A stretch of 64,000 bases of DNA from positions 32,001-96,000 of the forward strand of contig CBFIJH010000002.1 in assembly GCA_965662895.1 (NCBI GenBank). Reading direction: 5' to 3'. Shown here one piece after another: positions 1 to 9,897 of the stretch (its first letter is position 1; each line of letters begins with the position of its first letter). A model generated the notes under the pieces. That model worked only from the letters and a program-made list of their open reading frames with translations. It was not told the origin of the DNA and made no database searches. The position numbers and the translations under genes were made by a program. Origin of the DNA: Candidatus Poseidoniaceae archaeon. GTDB taxonomy: Archaea > Thermoplasmatota > Poseidoniia > Poseidoniales > Poseidoniaceae.

Positions 1-26
1 AGAACCTCGCGATTGCTGGATAAAGC

Positions 27-347
27 ATGGCGACCAAGCGGGAACATGCAAGAGCCATTCTCGATGCCTTGGATTCAAAAGCCCGATTGACATCAAGAAC
101 ATTGCTTGGTGCAGGAATTGCAACGGTTTTTCTTCTCGTCATTGCCTACTTTACGATGTGGCAATATGCCGCCGGAGGAGCGTTGTTGATTGCCTTGCTT
201 TTGCAGATGACGCATGAGCGTCTAACGGTCGCAGCGGATGCGATGATTGCAAGCAACATGGAGAAACTTGGTTGGGATCTTGAAGCGCTTAACGATGATG
301 AATCAATCTCCAAACTACGGAAACTTGCAAAACGAGACGAGGGTTGA
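27..347 (+). CDS. hypothetical membrane protein (2 predicted TM helices)
   Basis: 106-aa ORF with two hydrophobic stretches; its stop overlaps the start of the next ORF. Confidence 0.6.
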   Translation: MATKREHARAILDALDSKARLTSRTLLGAGIATVFLLVIAYFTMWQYAAGGALLIALLLQMTHERLTVAADAMIASNMEKLGWDLEALNDDESISKLRKLAKRDEG

Positions 348-1012
348 CAATGTCCTCTGTTCCACCTGGCATTTACTCATATCAGGATTTACAGAAACGA
401 TGGTTCGTCTCAGTTGTTACCTTGGGCGCCATAGGCGCAATTTTGGGATATTCGCTCACGAATTCGTGGGTTGTTGCAGCAGCAGGTTTTCTTCTTGGAC
501 AACTGATTTCTTTTGCGGATTTTTTCCGCTTAAGGAAGGCAACAGATCGATGGATTGAAGAGATGCTGAGCGATTTGCACATTGACCTCGAAGATTTGGG
601 ATCAAACATTACGCCTGCATTCGTCTTGCAAGAATGGGAATCGCAAATGAAAAAGGAGCGAAAGAATCCAGTCATGACACGTGGAAAAGATGAACGAGGA
701 TTTACTTCGGGAATCCTCGAGGCTGACTTGGATTCGAACAGAACACCGATTCAGGCAGAGGAACGAGAAGAATATCAAGGACTCGAGGGCGAACTAACAA
801 TTGCTCAACAGGTCAAAGCTGAAGCTGACAAACGCTATGCTGAACATGCCCAACAGCGATGGGAAGAATCTGAACGGGACGATCCGGATTTGATTGAGGC
901 TGGAGTCAAACGACTCGGCGACCTGGTGACAACGGATTATTTCGAAAAACATCATGATCCGAATGCAGTTTCGAAGTTGATGAAAGATCACTCTTCCAAT
1001 GAAGACAATTGA
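344..1012 (+). CDS. hypothetical membrane protein, N-terminal TM pair and acidic C-terminal domain
   Basis: 222-aa ORF; hydrophobic residues ~20-60, charged tail; start may be ATG 350. Confidence 0.65.
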   Translation: MTMSSVPPGIYSYQDLQKRWFVSVVTLGAIGAILGYSLTNSWVVAAAGFLLGQLISFADFFRLRKATDRWIEEMLSDLHIDLEDLGSNITPAFVLQEWESQMKKERKNPVMTRGKDERGFTSGILEADLDSNRTPIQAEEREEYQGLEGELTIAQQVKAEADKRYAEHAQQRWEESERDDPDLIEAGVKRLGDLVTTDYFEKHHDPNAVSKLMKDHSSNEDN

Positions 1013-1200
1013 ACCAACAACGCATCGACTGCATCGCGCAATTCACGCATCGTCTCTGCCTCAACAACCACTTCCAGTTGTGTCGTCTCCTCGTTCTTGA
1101 CCGTGAAGTCATAACCAACTTGATTGAGAAGTCCGATGATTGGTTTTGCTTCCACCTTGCTACCTGACCAAGTGATAACGACATGGTGCTCGGACGACAT
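988..1200 (-). CDS. small protein, possibly KEOPS subunit Pcc1-like
   Basis: 70 aa from MSSEHH; C-terminus LEVVVEAETMRELRDAVDALLVQL resembles the Pcc1 strand-helix pattern. Confidence 0.45.
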   Translation of the reverse strand: MSSEHHVVITWSGSKVEAKPIIGLLNQVGYDFTVKNEETTQLEVVVEAETMRELRDAVDALLVQLSSLEE

Positions 1201-1271
1201 GGGCTTGCCTTCGGGTGTACCCATATGAGGATGATGCATGAAATCAAATGTAGTGCATTCAAGCCTTTACC

Positions 1272-2633
1272 ATGGCGGATTCCAAAGCAGACCTTCTTGC
1301 TGGTGCAGGGGGATTGGTTACGGATGAAGCACAATCTGACCACCAAGGCCGCAAAGCGTTGCTACTTGTTCGCAACAACCATGATTGTAGTGAATTTATT
1401 GCATTGGCAGAAACAATGGGAATCAACATCGTTGACCGAGTTGATCAACGCGGGAAGAGTGATGCGAAATGGTTCATGGGTCAAGGGAAACTTCAGGATG
1501 TTGCAGAAGAACTTCAATCCGCAACCCGCGGCCACCCTTGGAACGGCGTGGATTTGCTTTTGTTGCATACCAATGCTACGCCACGTCAACTTGTGGGCGT
1601 AAACGATGCTGTTGGCACTGAGGTTTGGGATCGGGTTCGACTTCTTTTGGCGCTCTTTACTGCGCATGCATCCAGTGTCGAAGCTCGAATTCAAGTTCGG
1701 ATTGCTCGATTGCAATCCGATCGAACCGTCCTCAGAGAAGTTGTCAAACAACAAACAACTGGAGAAAGAGCGGGTTATGGTGGTGCAGGGCGAACTGCTG
1801 CTGGTTCAGTCCTTACCAACGTGAATCGAGAATTGGCGGCTCTTCGCAAGCGCCAACGGAAGCAGGTCAAATCTGCAGCAGAACGACGCAGGCAGCGGAA
1901 AGAGCATGCAATGACCGTCGGTCTTGCAGGCTATACGAATGCTGGAAAATCCAGTCTTTTTCGTCGTTTATCGGGCAAAGAAGTCCTCGTTGAGGATCGA
2001 TTGTTTTCGACCCTTGAATCAACCCTAGGGCGCCTTGAATCAAGTCCACGAGTTCTTCTCGCAGATACTATTGGATTCATCGACGGATTACCAAACGCCA
2101 CGCTTGAGGCGTTTCGAGCAACGCTTGCAGAGGCGATTGAATGCGACCTGCTTCTTCTTCTCGTTGATGCTGGTGATCCACTTGATGAAATGGAACGGAA
2201 ACTTCTGACCTCCATTCGTGAGTTGACAGAGCGTGCTTTGGAAGTTGATGAACCGTCCATCATCGAGCGCATCCAAATTGTGCTCACCAAACTCGACACA
2301 GTTCATCTGGAAACGCTCGAAAGCAAACGAAGGATGATTTCTGAACACGGATTTTCAAATCCTCTTCTCATTTCCTCACACTCTGGCGAAGGAATAGAAG
2401 GATTGCAATCTGCCATCCTTACCACACTTTTTGGCCCCAAACGGACGTTGCTTATTCACAATCCAAAAGAAAACGAAATGGCCTCAGAAGCGATTCTTTC
2501 TCGGGTGTTTGACGCAGTATACGTTCACAAACATGAACAAACGGAACAAGCAATTGAAGTTCGGGTGAGTGCTTCAGATGAAACAATTTCCATCCTCATG
2601 TCGAAACACGGTGAACGCATTGAACTCAAGTAG
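1272..2633 (+). CDS. hflX: ribosome-associated GTPase HflX
   Basis: G1 GYTNAGKSS, LFSTL, G3 DTIGFI; HflX N-terminal motifs GQGKLQ and DRVRLLLALF. Confidence 0.92.
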   Translation: MADSKADLLAGAGGLVTDEAQSDHQGRKALLLVRNNHDCSEFIALAETMGINIVDRVDQRGKSDAKWFMGQGKLQDVAEELQSATRGHPWNGVDLLLLHTNATPRQLVGVNDAVGTEVWDRVRLLLALFTAHASSVEARIQVRIARLQSDRTVLREVVKQQTTGERAGYGGAGRTAAGSVLTNVNRELAALRKRQRKQVKSAAERRRQRKEHAMTVGLAGYTNAGKSSLFRRLSGKEVLVEDRLFSTLESTLGRLESSPRVLLADTIGFIDGLPNATLEAFRATLAEAIECDLLLLLVDAGDPLDEMERKLLTSIRELTERALEVDEPSIIERIQIVLTKLDTVHLETLESKRRMISEHGFSNPLLISSHSGEGIEGLQSAILTTLFGPKRTLLIHNPKENEMASEAILSRVFDAVYVHKHEQTEQAIEVRVSASDETISILMSKHGERIELK

Positions 2634-2653
2634 AACAATCAGGTGGGAAAATC

Positions 2654-3571
2654 ATGAGCGAACGTGTGGAGGACGATTGGGTAGGCATCGAAGGCCTACC
2701 TGAATCTGAACCTTCAACGATGTTTGCGACGTCCAACGCAATTTTCACCATCCCCGATACGACGTTGCATCCCATCACAAAATCGATTGCCATCTTCGTC
2801 TTGTTCATAGCTGCTTCTGGATTCCTCAATGGTTTGGATTATGCCTCCCCCGATTCTGGGCTGGTTCAGCCAGATGAGTTCGTGTTCCAGTTGGCGCAAA
2901 CCGCTCCACCAAATTCAGCAATGTTTGATGGCATGGTCTACGACCACCGAGGAGACCCGATCGAAGGTGCGGAGATTGTTCTCGAATGGGAAGAAACCCC
3001 TGGACGGTTCAATTCAAGCGTAACGACCACTGATGCAAATGGTTCGTTCTCGTATGAATACGTCGAACCTGGTCTCGCCAGAATTGATATCACTGTTGAG
3101 CGAGGGAATTATACCGATACACTTGTTGAACGATTGCTGTTGTCTCCTCCTGCATTGATTGAGCCATACGGCTTTACCCGTTTGGATTTCATTGTGCCTT
3201 CTTCTGAAGCGTTTGCAGATGAACCATGCCCATTTGAACAAGAAACGTGCACGAAGCGACTTATCGATCGCAACCTAGAACAGAAAGAGAATCCTCGAAT
3301 GGATCCAAGTGCTGCTGGTATCTACATCATGATTGGATATGGATTCATGGGCGTCTCCGTGATTGCCATCGGATTTGTTGTATGGGCATTACGAACCGGT
3401 TCTGTGGCGGTACTCAGAATGAGCACCATCTTTGCATTCTTTGGTATGGGTCATTATTATGCCGCGTGTATTCTTGGACTGACGGCTTTCTTACTTACAT
3501 TCGCCATTCCGAAACGGAACAAGGCCCTCAATACGAGCCCATTTGATGCAAATACCCAAACGCCCTTATGA
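2654..3571 (+). CDS. membrane protein with carboxypeptidase-regulatory-like (beta-sandwich) domain
   Basis: GMVYDHRGDPIEGAEI...TTTDANGSFSY motif; N- and C-terminal TM helices. Confidence 0.6.
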   Translation: MSERVEDDWVGIEGLPESEPSTMFATSNAIFTIPDTTLHPITKSIAIFVLFIAASGFLNGLDYASPDSGLVQPDEFVFQLAQTAPPNSAMFDGMVYDHRGDPIEGAEIVLEWEETPGRFNSSVTTTDANGSFSYEYVEPGLARIDITVERGNYTDTLVERLLLSPPALIEPYGFTRLDFIVPSSEAFADEPCPFEQETCTKRLIDRNLEQKENPRMDPSAAGIYIMIGYGFMGVSVIAIGFVVWALRTGSVAVLRMSTIFAFFGMGHYYAACILGLTAFLLTFAIPKRNKALNTSPFDANTQTPL

Positions 3572-4650
3572 GGCGAATTGCATCGCAAGTCATGGACCTG
3601 ACCAATTGTACCTGGATGGTTCGCGAGTTGGGAGAGGCTGTGAGTTGCACTGTCCTTCTCGATGACGATTCGCTGCTCGTTGGCGGATGGGATGGCACGA
3701 TCAAACACTGGTCGGAAGCTGGTGATTTGTTGTGGGAGGCAAAAACTCCAAACCGCGTTTCATCGATGGTTCTCCGAGATGATTCCATCTATGCAACGTC
3801 TGGGTTGCACATTGTATGCCTTGCAGCATCAACAGGAGCGATACGATGGGATGTTGCATTGGAAGGCTCGGCCGATGCGGTCATGACGACGACCGAGTGC
3901 GTTCTTGCTGCATCTTCTGTGTACGATATCGAACACAATGACTTCATCGAATCCGCCATTTGGTCGATTTCATTCGAAGGAGACGTGCTCGCTACACATC
4001 GAATGGATGAGCGCCCATGGACACTTCACCCCTACAACCAAGGAGCAATCGCAGGGTTGGGGCGACCGTTGAACGGCTACCTTCTTCTCGATGCAAACGG
4101 GAACATTCTCGAGCAAAACAAAGACTGGGAGAGCCCAACCATCTGTTCAACAAACGGAAAGAATCCAGTTTTCGGACTTGCCGATGGTTCTGTTCGCTCG
4201 TTGGATGGGATGACCGTACATACGATGCAATCCGCTATCAGCAACATCGTTGAGAACGCAAGTGGATATGTGCTAGCAGATGATGTCGGACTTGTCGAAT
4301 TCTTTGATGATTCAGTCCGCTGGAAGGCAAATGGAAACGAAGTTGTTGCCATATCGCTCGGATTTGACATCGATGGAACGGAATCCTGTTGGGTTGCTCG
4401 TTGGAACGGTTCTCAAGGCGAAGTCATTGTCCATTCAATGAACGGCGGTGAGCAAATTGCTTCGTTCGAAGGTCAACGCGTCCATGACATGGCATTCAAT
4501 GGTCGACGTATTGCAGTGGGGTGTGAGAATGGACAAGTGTTCGTATGGGAGAAAGGACTTTTCCAAAGAAGAATGGAGCAACCAAATCAACAGGAAAACA
4601 ATGCTTCGAGAAGTGCCATGTTCGAGAAACTTCGCGCATTGCGAAAGTGA
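3568..4650 (+). CDS. WD40/PQQ-like beta-propeller protein
   Basis: VGGWDGTIKHW and VGCENGQVFVWE repeats. Confidence 0.7.
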   Translation: MRRIASQVMDLTNCTWMVRELGEAVSCTVLLDDDSLLVGGWDGTIKHWSEAGDLLWEAKTPNRVSSMVLRDDSIYATSGLHIVCLAASTGAIRWDVALEGSADAVMTTTECVLAASSVYDIEHNDFIESAIWSISFEGDVLATHRMDERPWTLHPYNQGAIAGLGRPLNGYLLLDANGNILEQNKDWESPTICSTNGKNPVFGLADGSVRSLDGMTVHTMQSAISNIVENASGYVLADDVGLVEFFDDSVRWKANGNEVVAISLGFDIDGTESCWVARWNGSQGEVIVHSMNGGEQIASFEGQRVHDMAFNGRRIAVGCENGQVFVWEKGLFQRRMEQPNQQENNASRSAMFEKLRALRK

Positions 4651-5334
4651 TCACTCAATGGCTTCAAGATGAATCCATTCGTTTTCAAGAGCATGATGCC
4701 AAAGATCTGCTAATCTCATCAAATTGTATGCAGAACGTTCAAACCTTCGAGCAATAAGATTGAGATTCAAACGTCCTTCTCGACCTGCTACGTTTGATTT
4801 CTGTTCTTCAAGTATGGACAGTGAGATCTCTTCGAAAAGGGACTGAATCGACAACCACTGGTCCTTGAGGCCACTTGGCAATTCGGTTAGCTGTAAGAGA
4901 CAAACTTCCAATTGTTCGAGAATGGCGAAAACGCCCAATCCAAGATCCGTGAGTGACCTAGCCAGATGTTCAGGAATTTCCGCACCATCACTCGACGCAT
5001 TGAATGAATCTTGAGCGTTGGCAATATCACGCGCATGACGAGCGAGGCGTTCAATCACATCAATTCCTCGAAGATAACAGGCTACGATTCTCAAGTCCTG
5101 AAGCAGGGGCTGGTTTAGTGTGAGAACCAACAGCAATTCCTGAGATAAATCTTCAGCTTTTCGCTGCGCCTTCATTCTCTTCTTTTGAACAACTTGAGCG
5201 TCAAGCTCTGTTACGTTCGTGATCCCTTTGATTGTCATGGTGTATGCTTGCTTCACGGGTCGGATGAATTCCTCCAAAGCACTGCGGATGATATTCATTC
5301 GAGCATCAAGATTCGTACGGATAGGTGGTGCCAT
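4651..5334 (-). CDS. phoU: PhoU-family phosphate uptake regulator
   Basis: QPLLQDLRIV...IERLARHARDIA and ERSAYNLMRLAD PhoU helices; start set at MAPPIR, overlapping the upstream stop. Confidence 0.8.
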   Translation of the reverse strand: MAPPIRTNLDARMNIIRSALEEFIRPVKQAYTMTIKGITNVTELDAQVVQKKRMKAQRKAEDLSQELLLVLTLNQPLLQDLRIVACYLRGIDVIERLARHARDIANAQDSFNASSDGAEIPEHLARSLTDLGLGVFAILEQLEVCLLQLTELPSGLKDQWLSIQSLFEEISLSILEEQKSNVAGREGRLNLNLIARRFERSAYNLMRLADLWHHALENEWIHLEAIE

Positions 5335-6386
5335 CAAAACACCCCATCGTTTGATTCCATTAAATTCGTTCGCTCTGCCATCATCATATTGATGAGCGTC
5401 TCTGTTAAATCGATACTGTAGCCACACAGTCTACGGACGGTTTCTGAAATCTTGAATTCAACGAGAACAATTCGCGCTCCGTCTTTCGATGACATGAGCT
5501 CTTCCTCATGCGTCTCTAAATCCAACAATTGATCTTTCAGACGCTGCTTTTCCTCGACAAGGACGGACATTTCCTTTGAGTAGGTATTTCGAATAACTGA
5601 GCGCAGGGCAGACAGCCACACTGGAATCGAAGTCATCGGTAGCGTATCCAGAGAAACAGAGACCTCACCGCTGGTTTCGAAGACCAATTTTGCAAAGCGG
5701 TATGCGTGATCGCCCATTCGTTCAAGATAATGTGACATGGCTGCGTGCTGCATGGCTTGGTATCGATCGACCCCAAGAGCACGTTCAATGTGAGGTGAAT
5801 TGAGGGCCATGGCAACCTGACGATCCACGAGTAGACGACGAGCATCAATTTGCCGTTCTCGGTCTTCATGATCGCTGAGTTCTTCAACGTCCTCTCCGGA
5901 AAGAACCCCATAGGAGTCCTCGACCAGGCTGGTCACGAGAAGATACATTCTGTTGAGGCTGACTTGTAGAGGCAGCTCATTCGGATTGAGAAGCGAGACG
6001 ATTGTTATGGAATTGTCCTCATCAAGAGAAATTTCCATCCCTCGGGTGTCACGCAAGAATTGTCGAATGATTCTACGCTCCTTGCTTCCAACCCCAGTTT
6101 TGTCGCGTATCGTTATGTGGTCTGCTCCGCTCACGTAAATTCCAATCAGATAATCGTAAAGAGCTCCGCGTGGGTATTTGGTTAAATCCAAATCGATGCT
6201 GCGCCGAAGGTTTTTGTTTTCCTTTGGAGAGATTTGAATTTCTCCGGAGGATAAATGTTCGATTCCAACGACATCACTTGGTTTCAGATTGTTCTCCGTA
6301 ATCCAGCGTTTCGGTAAGGAAACGATGTACGTCGAACCGCCTGTAACCTGTAGTTTTCTATATTCGACGCCAATGGAAGATTTCAT
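5334..6386 (-). CDS. archaeal phosphate uptake regulator, AbrB/SpoVT DNA-binding domain fused to PhoU domains
   Basis: N-terminal RKLQVTGGSTYIVSLPKRW; YLERMGDHAY PhoU motif. Confidence 0.88.
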   Translation of the reverse strand: MKSSIGVEYRKLQVTGGSTYIVSLPKRWITENNLKPSDVVGIEHLSSGEIQISPKENKNLRRSIDLDLTKYPRGALYDYLIGIYVSGADHITIRDKTGVGSKERRIIRQFLRDTRGMEISLDEDNSITIVSLLNPNELPLQVSLNRMYLLVTSLVEDSYGVLSGEDVEELSDHEDRERQIDARRLLVDRQVAMALNSPHIERALGVDRYQAMQHAAMSHYLERMGDHAYRFAKLVFETSGEVSVSLDTLPMTSIPVWLSALRSVIRNTYSKEMSVLVEEKQRLKDQLLDLETHEEELMSSKDGARIVLVEFKISETVRRLCGYSIDLTETLINMMMAERTNLMESNDGVF

Positions 6387-6399
6387 ATTTCTGCCCCTG

Positions 6400-6485
6400 T
6401 ATAGGAAGTCCTACATTCTACCTTCTAACATCAATTTGTATATAGTTATCTATAGGCATATGTAGTTGAATGTAGGTTCCGTAGG
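6400..6485. promoter_or_regulatory. putative phosphate-responsive operator: phased YRTAG repeats plus a 9-bp inverted repeat
   Basis: TATAG 6441, TATAG 6451, TGTAG 6461, TGTAG 6471, CGTAG 6480; CCTACATTC 6410-6418 and GAATGTAGG 6468-6476; lies between the divergent regulator and pstS. Confidence 0.5.
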
Positions 6486-6530
6486 CCAATGACAATTAGA
6501 GAAACAATCAGCGAGGGTCGGGAAGAGAAT

Positions 6531-9500
6531 ATGTTATCCCTCGATACGAAGAAAAAAGCAATAGCCCTTATTGCCCTTATGATGGTTTCAGCACTAGCTG
6601 GTTGTCTTGGCAATGACGATGACGATACGGATGACTCATCGGATTCGAACAACAATAACGACAATACCAACAACACAACAACTGTTGATGATAATACCGG
6701 TATTGATGTCGGAACGGTGACTTGTGGACCAGATGGTTCCATCAAGATCGCAGGTTCCTCGACGGTATTGCCTCTTGCAGAAATCTGGGCAGAATACTAC
6801 CAAGAGAACTGTGAAGGCGTCACCATCACCGTCGAAAGCGGCGGATCCGGTGGCGGTGCTGGCCGAGTATGTGCCAACTCCGCTAAGGGTACACCTGTCG
6901 ACATTGGTGACATGTCCCGTGACTGGAAAGACACAGAGGCAACACGTGGTGACGATGGTTACACAATGGACTGTCTCGCAGGCGACACTTCTCGCTCCGC
7001 TCGACAAATCCAGGTTGCTATCGATGGATTGTCCGTTGTCATGAAGAAGGGCGGTGCTGCTGACACTTGTGTCAACACACACCTCGGCGGGCTCACTGTC
7101 GATCAACTCCGCTGGATGTTCTCCGCAGAAGCTGACACAGGCTACACACCTGCCAACGATGACGGAGATGCAGTCAAAGAATGGTCCGACCTCGACGCAG
7201 ACTGCGGTGCGGCAGAAATCGTTCTTGCATACCCTGACGCTGACTCTGGTACCTACGAGTACTTCTACGAAACTGTCCTCGATGAGGCTGAAGAAGGATT
7301 CCGATCCGGTACACAGTCCGCTGACGACAACGTTCTCGTCAACACACTGATCGGTGATGAAACCTCGATTGGTTACTTCGGATACGCATACTACCAAGAG
7401 AACATGGCAACCCTCGCTGCTGCTGCAGTCGAGAACAGTGCCGGAAACATGGTTGCTCCAACCTCCACAAGTGTCGGTGACGGAACCTACAACCCACTTT
7501 CCCGCCCATTGTTCATGAATCTCCTCAACGACGAAGATTCCCTCGAGAACACCGTCCCATTCCTCGAATTTGGACTTGGTGACGGAGGCGACCTCCTCGT
7601 TGCTGAAGTAGGATACGTAGCACTCCCTGACTCCCTTGACACTGTCATGGCCAGTCGTCTGGCTGGAGGCGTAGGTGCTTCATTCTGTGGACCAGATGGT
7701 TCCATCTCCATTGCGGGATCCTCCACTGTTCTACCACTTGCCGAAGCATGGGCAGAAGACTACCAAAATGCGTGTGATGGAGTTACCATCACCGTCGAAA
7801 GCGGTGGATCTGGTGGCGGTGCTGGCCGAGTCTGTGCCAACTCCGCTAAGGGTACACCTGTCGACATTGGTGACATGTCCCGTGACTGGAAGAGCACAGA
7901 AGCTGACCGACAGGCAAACGGATTCATCCTCGACTGTCTCGCTGGCGACACATCTCGTGACGCTGCTCAAATCCAGGTTGCTATCGACGGATTGTCCGTT
8001 GTTATGAAGAAGGGTGGCGCTGCTGACACTTGTGTTAACACACACCTCGGCGGACTCACTGTCCACCAACTCCGTTGGATCTTCTCCGCTGAAACCGATG
8101 CTGAACTCGTAGGTGCAGGTTTGGACCTCGGAACTGAAATTGGAAACGATGACGGTGACACAACCCGAGAATGGTCTGACCTCAACGCAAACTGTGGAGA
8201 TGCTGAAATCGTTCTTGCATACCCAGACGCTGACTCTGGTACATACGAGTACTTCTATGAAACAGCACTCGATGAGGCATCTGCAGGATTCCGTGCAGGT
8301 ACACAATCCGCTGACGACAACGTTCTCGTCAACGCTCTAACCGGCGATGAGACCGCTATCGGATACTTCGGATACGCATACTACCAAGAGAACATGGCAA
8401 CACTCGCTGCTGCTGCTATCGAGAACAGTGATGGTAACATGATCACTCCAAACGCCAACAGCGTTCGTGATGGATCCTACAACCCACTCTCTCGACCGCT
8501 CTTCATGAATCTCCTCGTCGATGGTGCAACTCTCGAGAACACCATCCCATTCATGCTCTATGGATTGGACACCGAGGCTGGAAGTCAAGCTGTTGCAGAA
8601 GTTGGATATGTTTCACTGAACGATTACCAAAAGCACCAGATGGTCTTTGGCCGACTCGCTCACCTCCAAGGGTTCACAACAGAAGGCAACGACCACATCT
8701 TCGAAGACATGTGTGCCGCAGCAGGAAGCATCTCCATTGCTGGTTCGTCAACTGTTCTACCACTTGCTGAAGCATGGGCAGAAGATTACCAAGAAATCTG
8801 TGGTGACACATCCATCACCGTCGAAAGCGGTGGATCTGGTGCTGGTGCTGGCCGAGTTTGTGCCAACTCCGCGAAGGGTACACCTGTCGACATTGGTGAC
8901 ATGTCCCGAGACTGGAAGAGCACAGAAGGTAGCGTTGACGCAAACGGACAACTCAACTGTCTTGTCGGTGACACATCCATTACCGTAACACAACTTGTTG
9001 TTGCAGTCGACGGATTGTCGGTTGTCTCCAAGAAGGGCGGTGCTGCTGACGTTTGTATGCAAAACATGGGCGGTATGACCGCTGCTCAACTCCGATGGGT
9101 CTTCTCTGCTGAGACAGACACTGAGTTGACCGCAGCTGGCCTCGTTCTCTCCAGTGTTGTCCCTAATGATGACGGAGACGGGGTCAAGGAATGGTCCGAT
9201 CTCAGCGCAAACTGTGGCTCAAATGCAATTGTTCTCGCATACCCTGATGCAGACTCTGGAACATACGAGTACTTCTACGAAGAAATCCTCCACGAGGCTG
9301 CTGCTGGATTCGGAACCGGTACACAATCGTCTGATGACAACGTATTGGTCAACGCAATCCTCGGTGATGAGCATGCAATTGGATACTTCGGATACGCATA
9401 CTACCAAGAGAACATGGCAACACTCGGTGCTGTTGCTGTCTCCAACAACCATACACATGGTGTTGCAGACGCTCCTGAAGACGCTGTGGCCCCAACACCA

Positions 9501-9716
9501 CAGACTGTTCGAGACGGAAGCTACGCACCGTTGTCCCGACCGTTGTTCATGAACGTGAACAACGATGCTTGGGACAAAGTCAGCCCATTCCTCCAGTGGG
9601 CGTTCTCTGGGGACGGTAGCGCTGTCATCTCAGAGGTCGGTTACGTACCTCTGGATGACGCCACGTACCAAGAGATGATTCGACGTATCCTCGCAGAGGG
9701 CGTCTACGCTGCTTGA
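6531..9716 (+). CDS. pstS: phosphate ABC transporter substrate-binding lipoprotein with three tandem PstS domains
   Basis: Lipobox LAGC; three copies each of IAGSSTVLP, ESGGSG.GA, DIGDMSR, DSGTYEYF, IGYFGYAYY, Y.PLSRPLF; start set at ATG 6531. Confidence 0.92.
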   Translation: MLSLDTKKKAIALIALMMVSALAGCLGNDDDDTDDSSDSNNNNDNTNNTTTVDDNTGIDVGTVTCGPDGSIKIAGSSTVLPLAEIWAEYYQENCEGVTITVESGGSGGGAGRVCANSAKGTPVDIGDMSRDWKDTEATRGDDGYTMDCLAGDTSRSARQIQVAIDGLSVVMKKGGAADTCVNTHLGGLTVDQLRWMFSAEADTGYTPANDDGDAVKEWSDLDADCGAAEIVLAYPDADSGTYEYFYETVLDEAEEGFRSGTQSADDNVLVNTLIGDETSIGYFGYAYYQENMATLAAAAVENSAGNMVAPTSTSVGDGTYNPLSRPLFMNLLNDEDSLENTVPFLEFGLGDGGDLLVAEVGYVALPDSLDTVMASRLAGGVGASFCGPDGSISIAGSSTVLPLAEAWAEDYQNACDGVTITVESGGSGGGAGRVCANSAKGTPVDIGDMSRDWKSTEADRQANGFILDCLAGDTSRDAAQIQVAIDGLSVVMKKGGAADTCVNTHLGGLTVHQLRWIFSAETDAELVGAGLDLGTEIGNDDGDTTREWSDLNANCGDAEIVLAYPDADSGTYEYFYETALDEASAGFRAGTQSADDNVLVNALTGDETAIGYFGYAYYQENMATLAAAAIENSDGNMITPNANSVRDGSYNPLSRPLFMNLLVDGATLENTIPFMLYGLDTEAGSQAVAEVGYVSLNDYQKHQMVFGRLAHLQGFTTEGNDHIFEDMCAAAGSISIAGSSTVLPLAEAWAEDYQEICGDTSITVESGGSGAGAGRVCANSAKGTPVDIGDMSRDWKSTEGSVDANGQLNCLVGDTSITVTQLVVAVDGLSVVSKKGGAADVCMQNMGGMTAAQLRWVFSAETDTELTAAGLVLSSVVPNDDGDGVKEWSDLSANCGSNAIVLAYPDADSGTYEYFYEEILHEAAAGFGTGTQSSDDNVLVNAILGDEHAIGYFGYAYYQENMATLGAVAVSNNHTHGVADAPEDAVAPTPQTVRDGSYAPLSRPLFMNVNNDAWDKVSPFLQWAFSGDGSAVISEVGYVPLDDATYQEMIRRILAEGVYAA
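6718..9713 (+). repeat. intragenic triplication of a ~1-kb PstS unit (approx. 6718-7680, 7684-8710, 8711-9713)
   Basis: Long near-identical DNA blocks (e.g. tgtgccaactccgctaagggtacacctgtcgacattggtgacatgtcccg) recur near 6870, 7833 and 8858. Confidence 0.9.
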
Positions 9717-9770
9717 TTAAGTAAGCAAAGGCGATCGTCGTAACCACTAGGAACAATTCCTGGTGTGGCC

Positions 9771-9811
9771 GAGGGGCTGGATACTCCGGTATCCAGTCCC
9801 TCTTTTTTTTT
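9771..9811 (+). terminator. stem-loop plus U-tract terminator or mRNA-stabilising hairpin after pstS
   Basis: gaggggctggatac-tccg-gtatccagtccctc followed by T9. Confidence 0.8.
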
Positions 9812-9897
9812 ATTTCAATATTCATAGACATATATAGATTATTTAGTGTGAAGCAATGTCCAATCCCGATTAGGCGGCATCAAGGCCGTGGTCGATT

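Noticed and set aside
4651-6386. Two PhoU-type genes as a novelty
   Set aside because: A phoU plus an AbrB-PhoU regulator beside pst genes is a common archaeal arrangement.
6718-9713. Recurring near-identical DNA blocks as a CRISPR array or mobile repeat
   Set aside because: They are in frame, ~1 kb apart and explained by the PstS domain triplication; there is no repeat-spacer structure.
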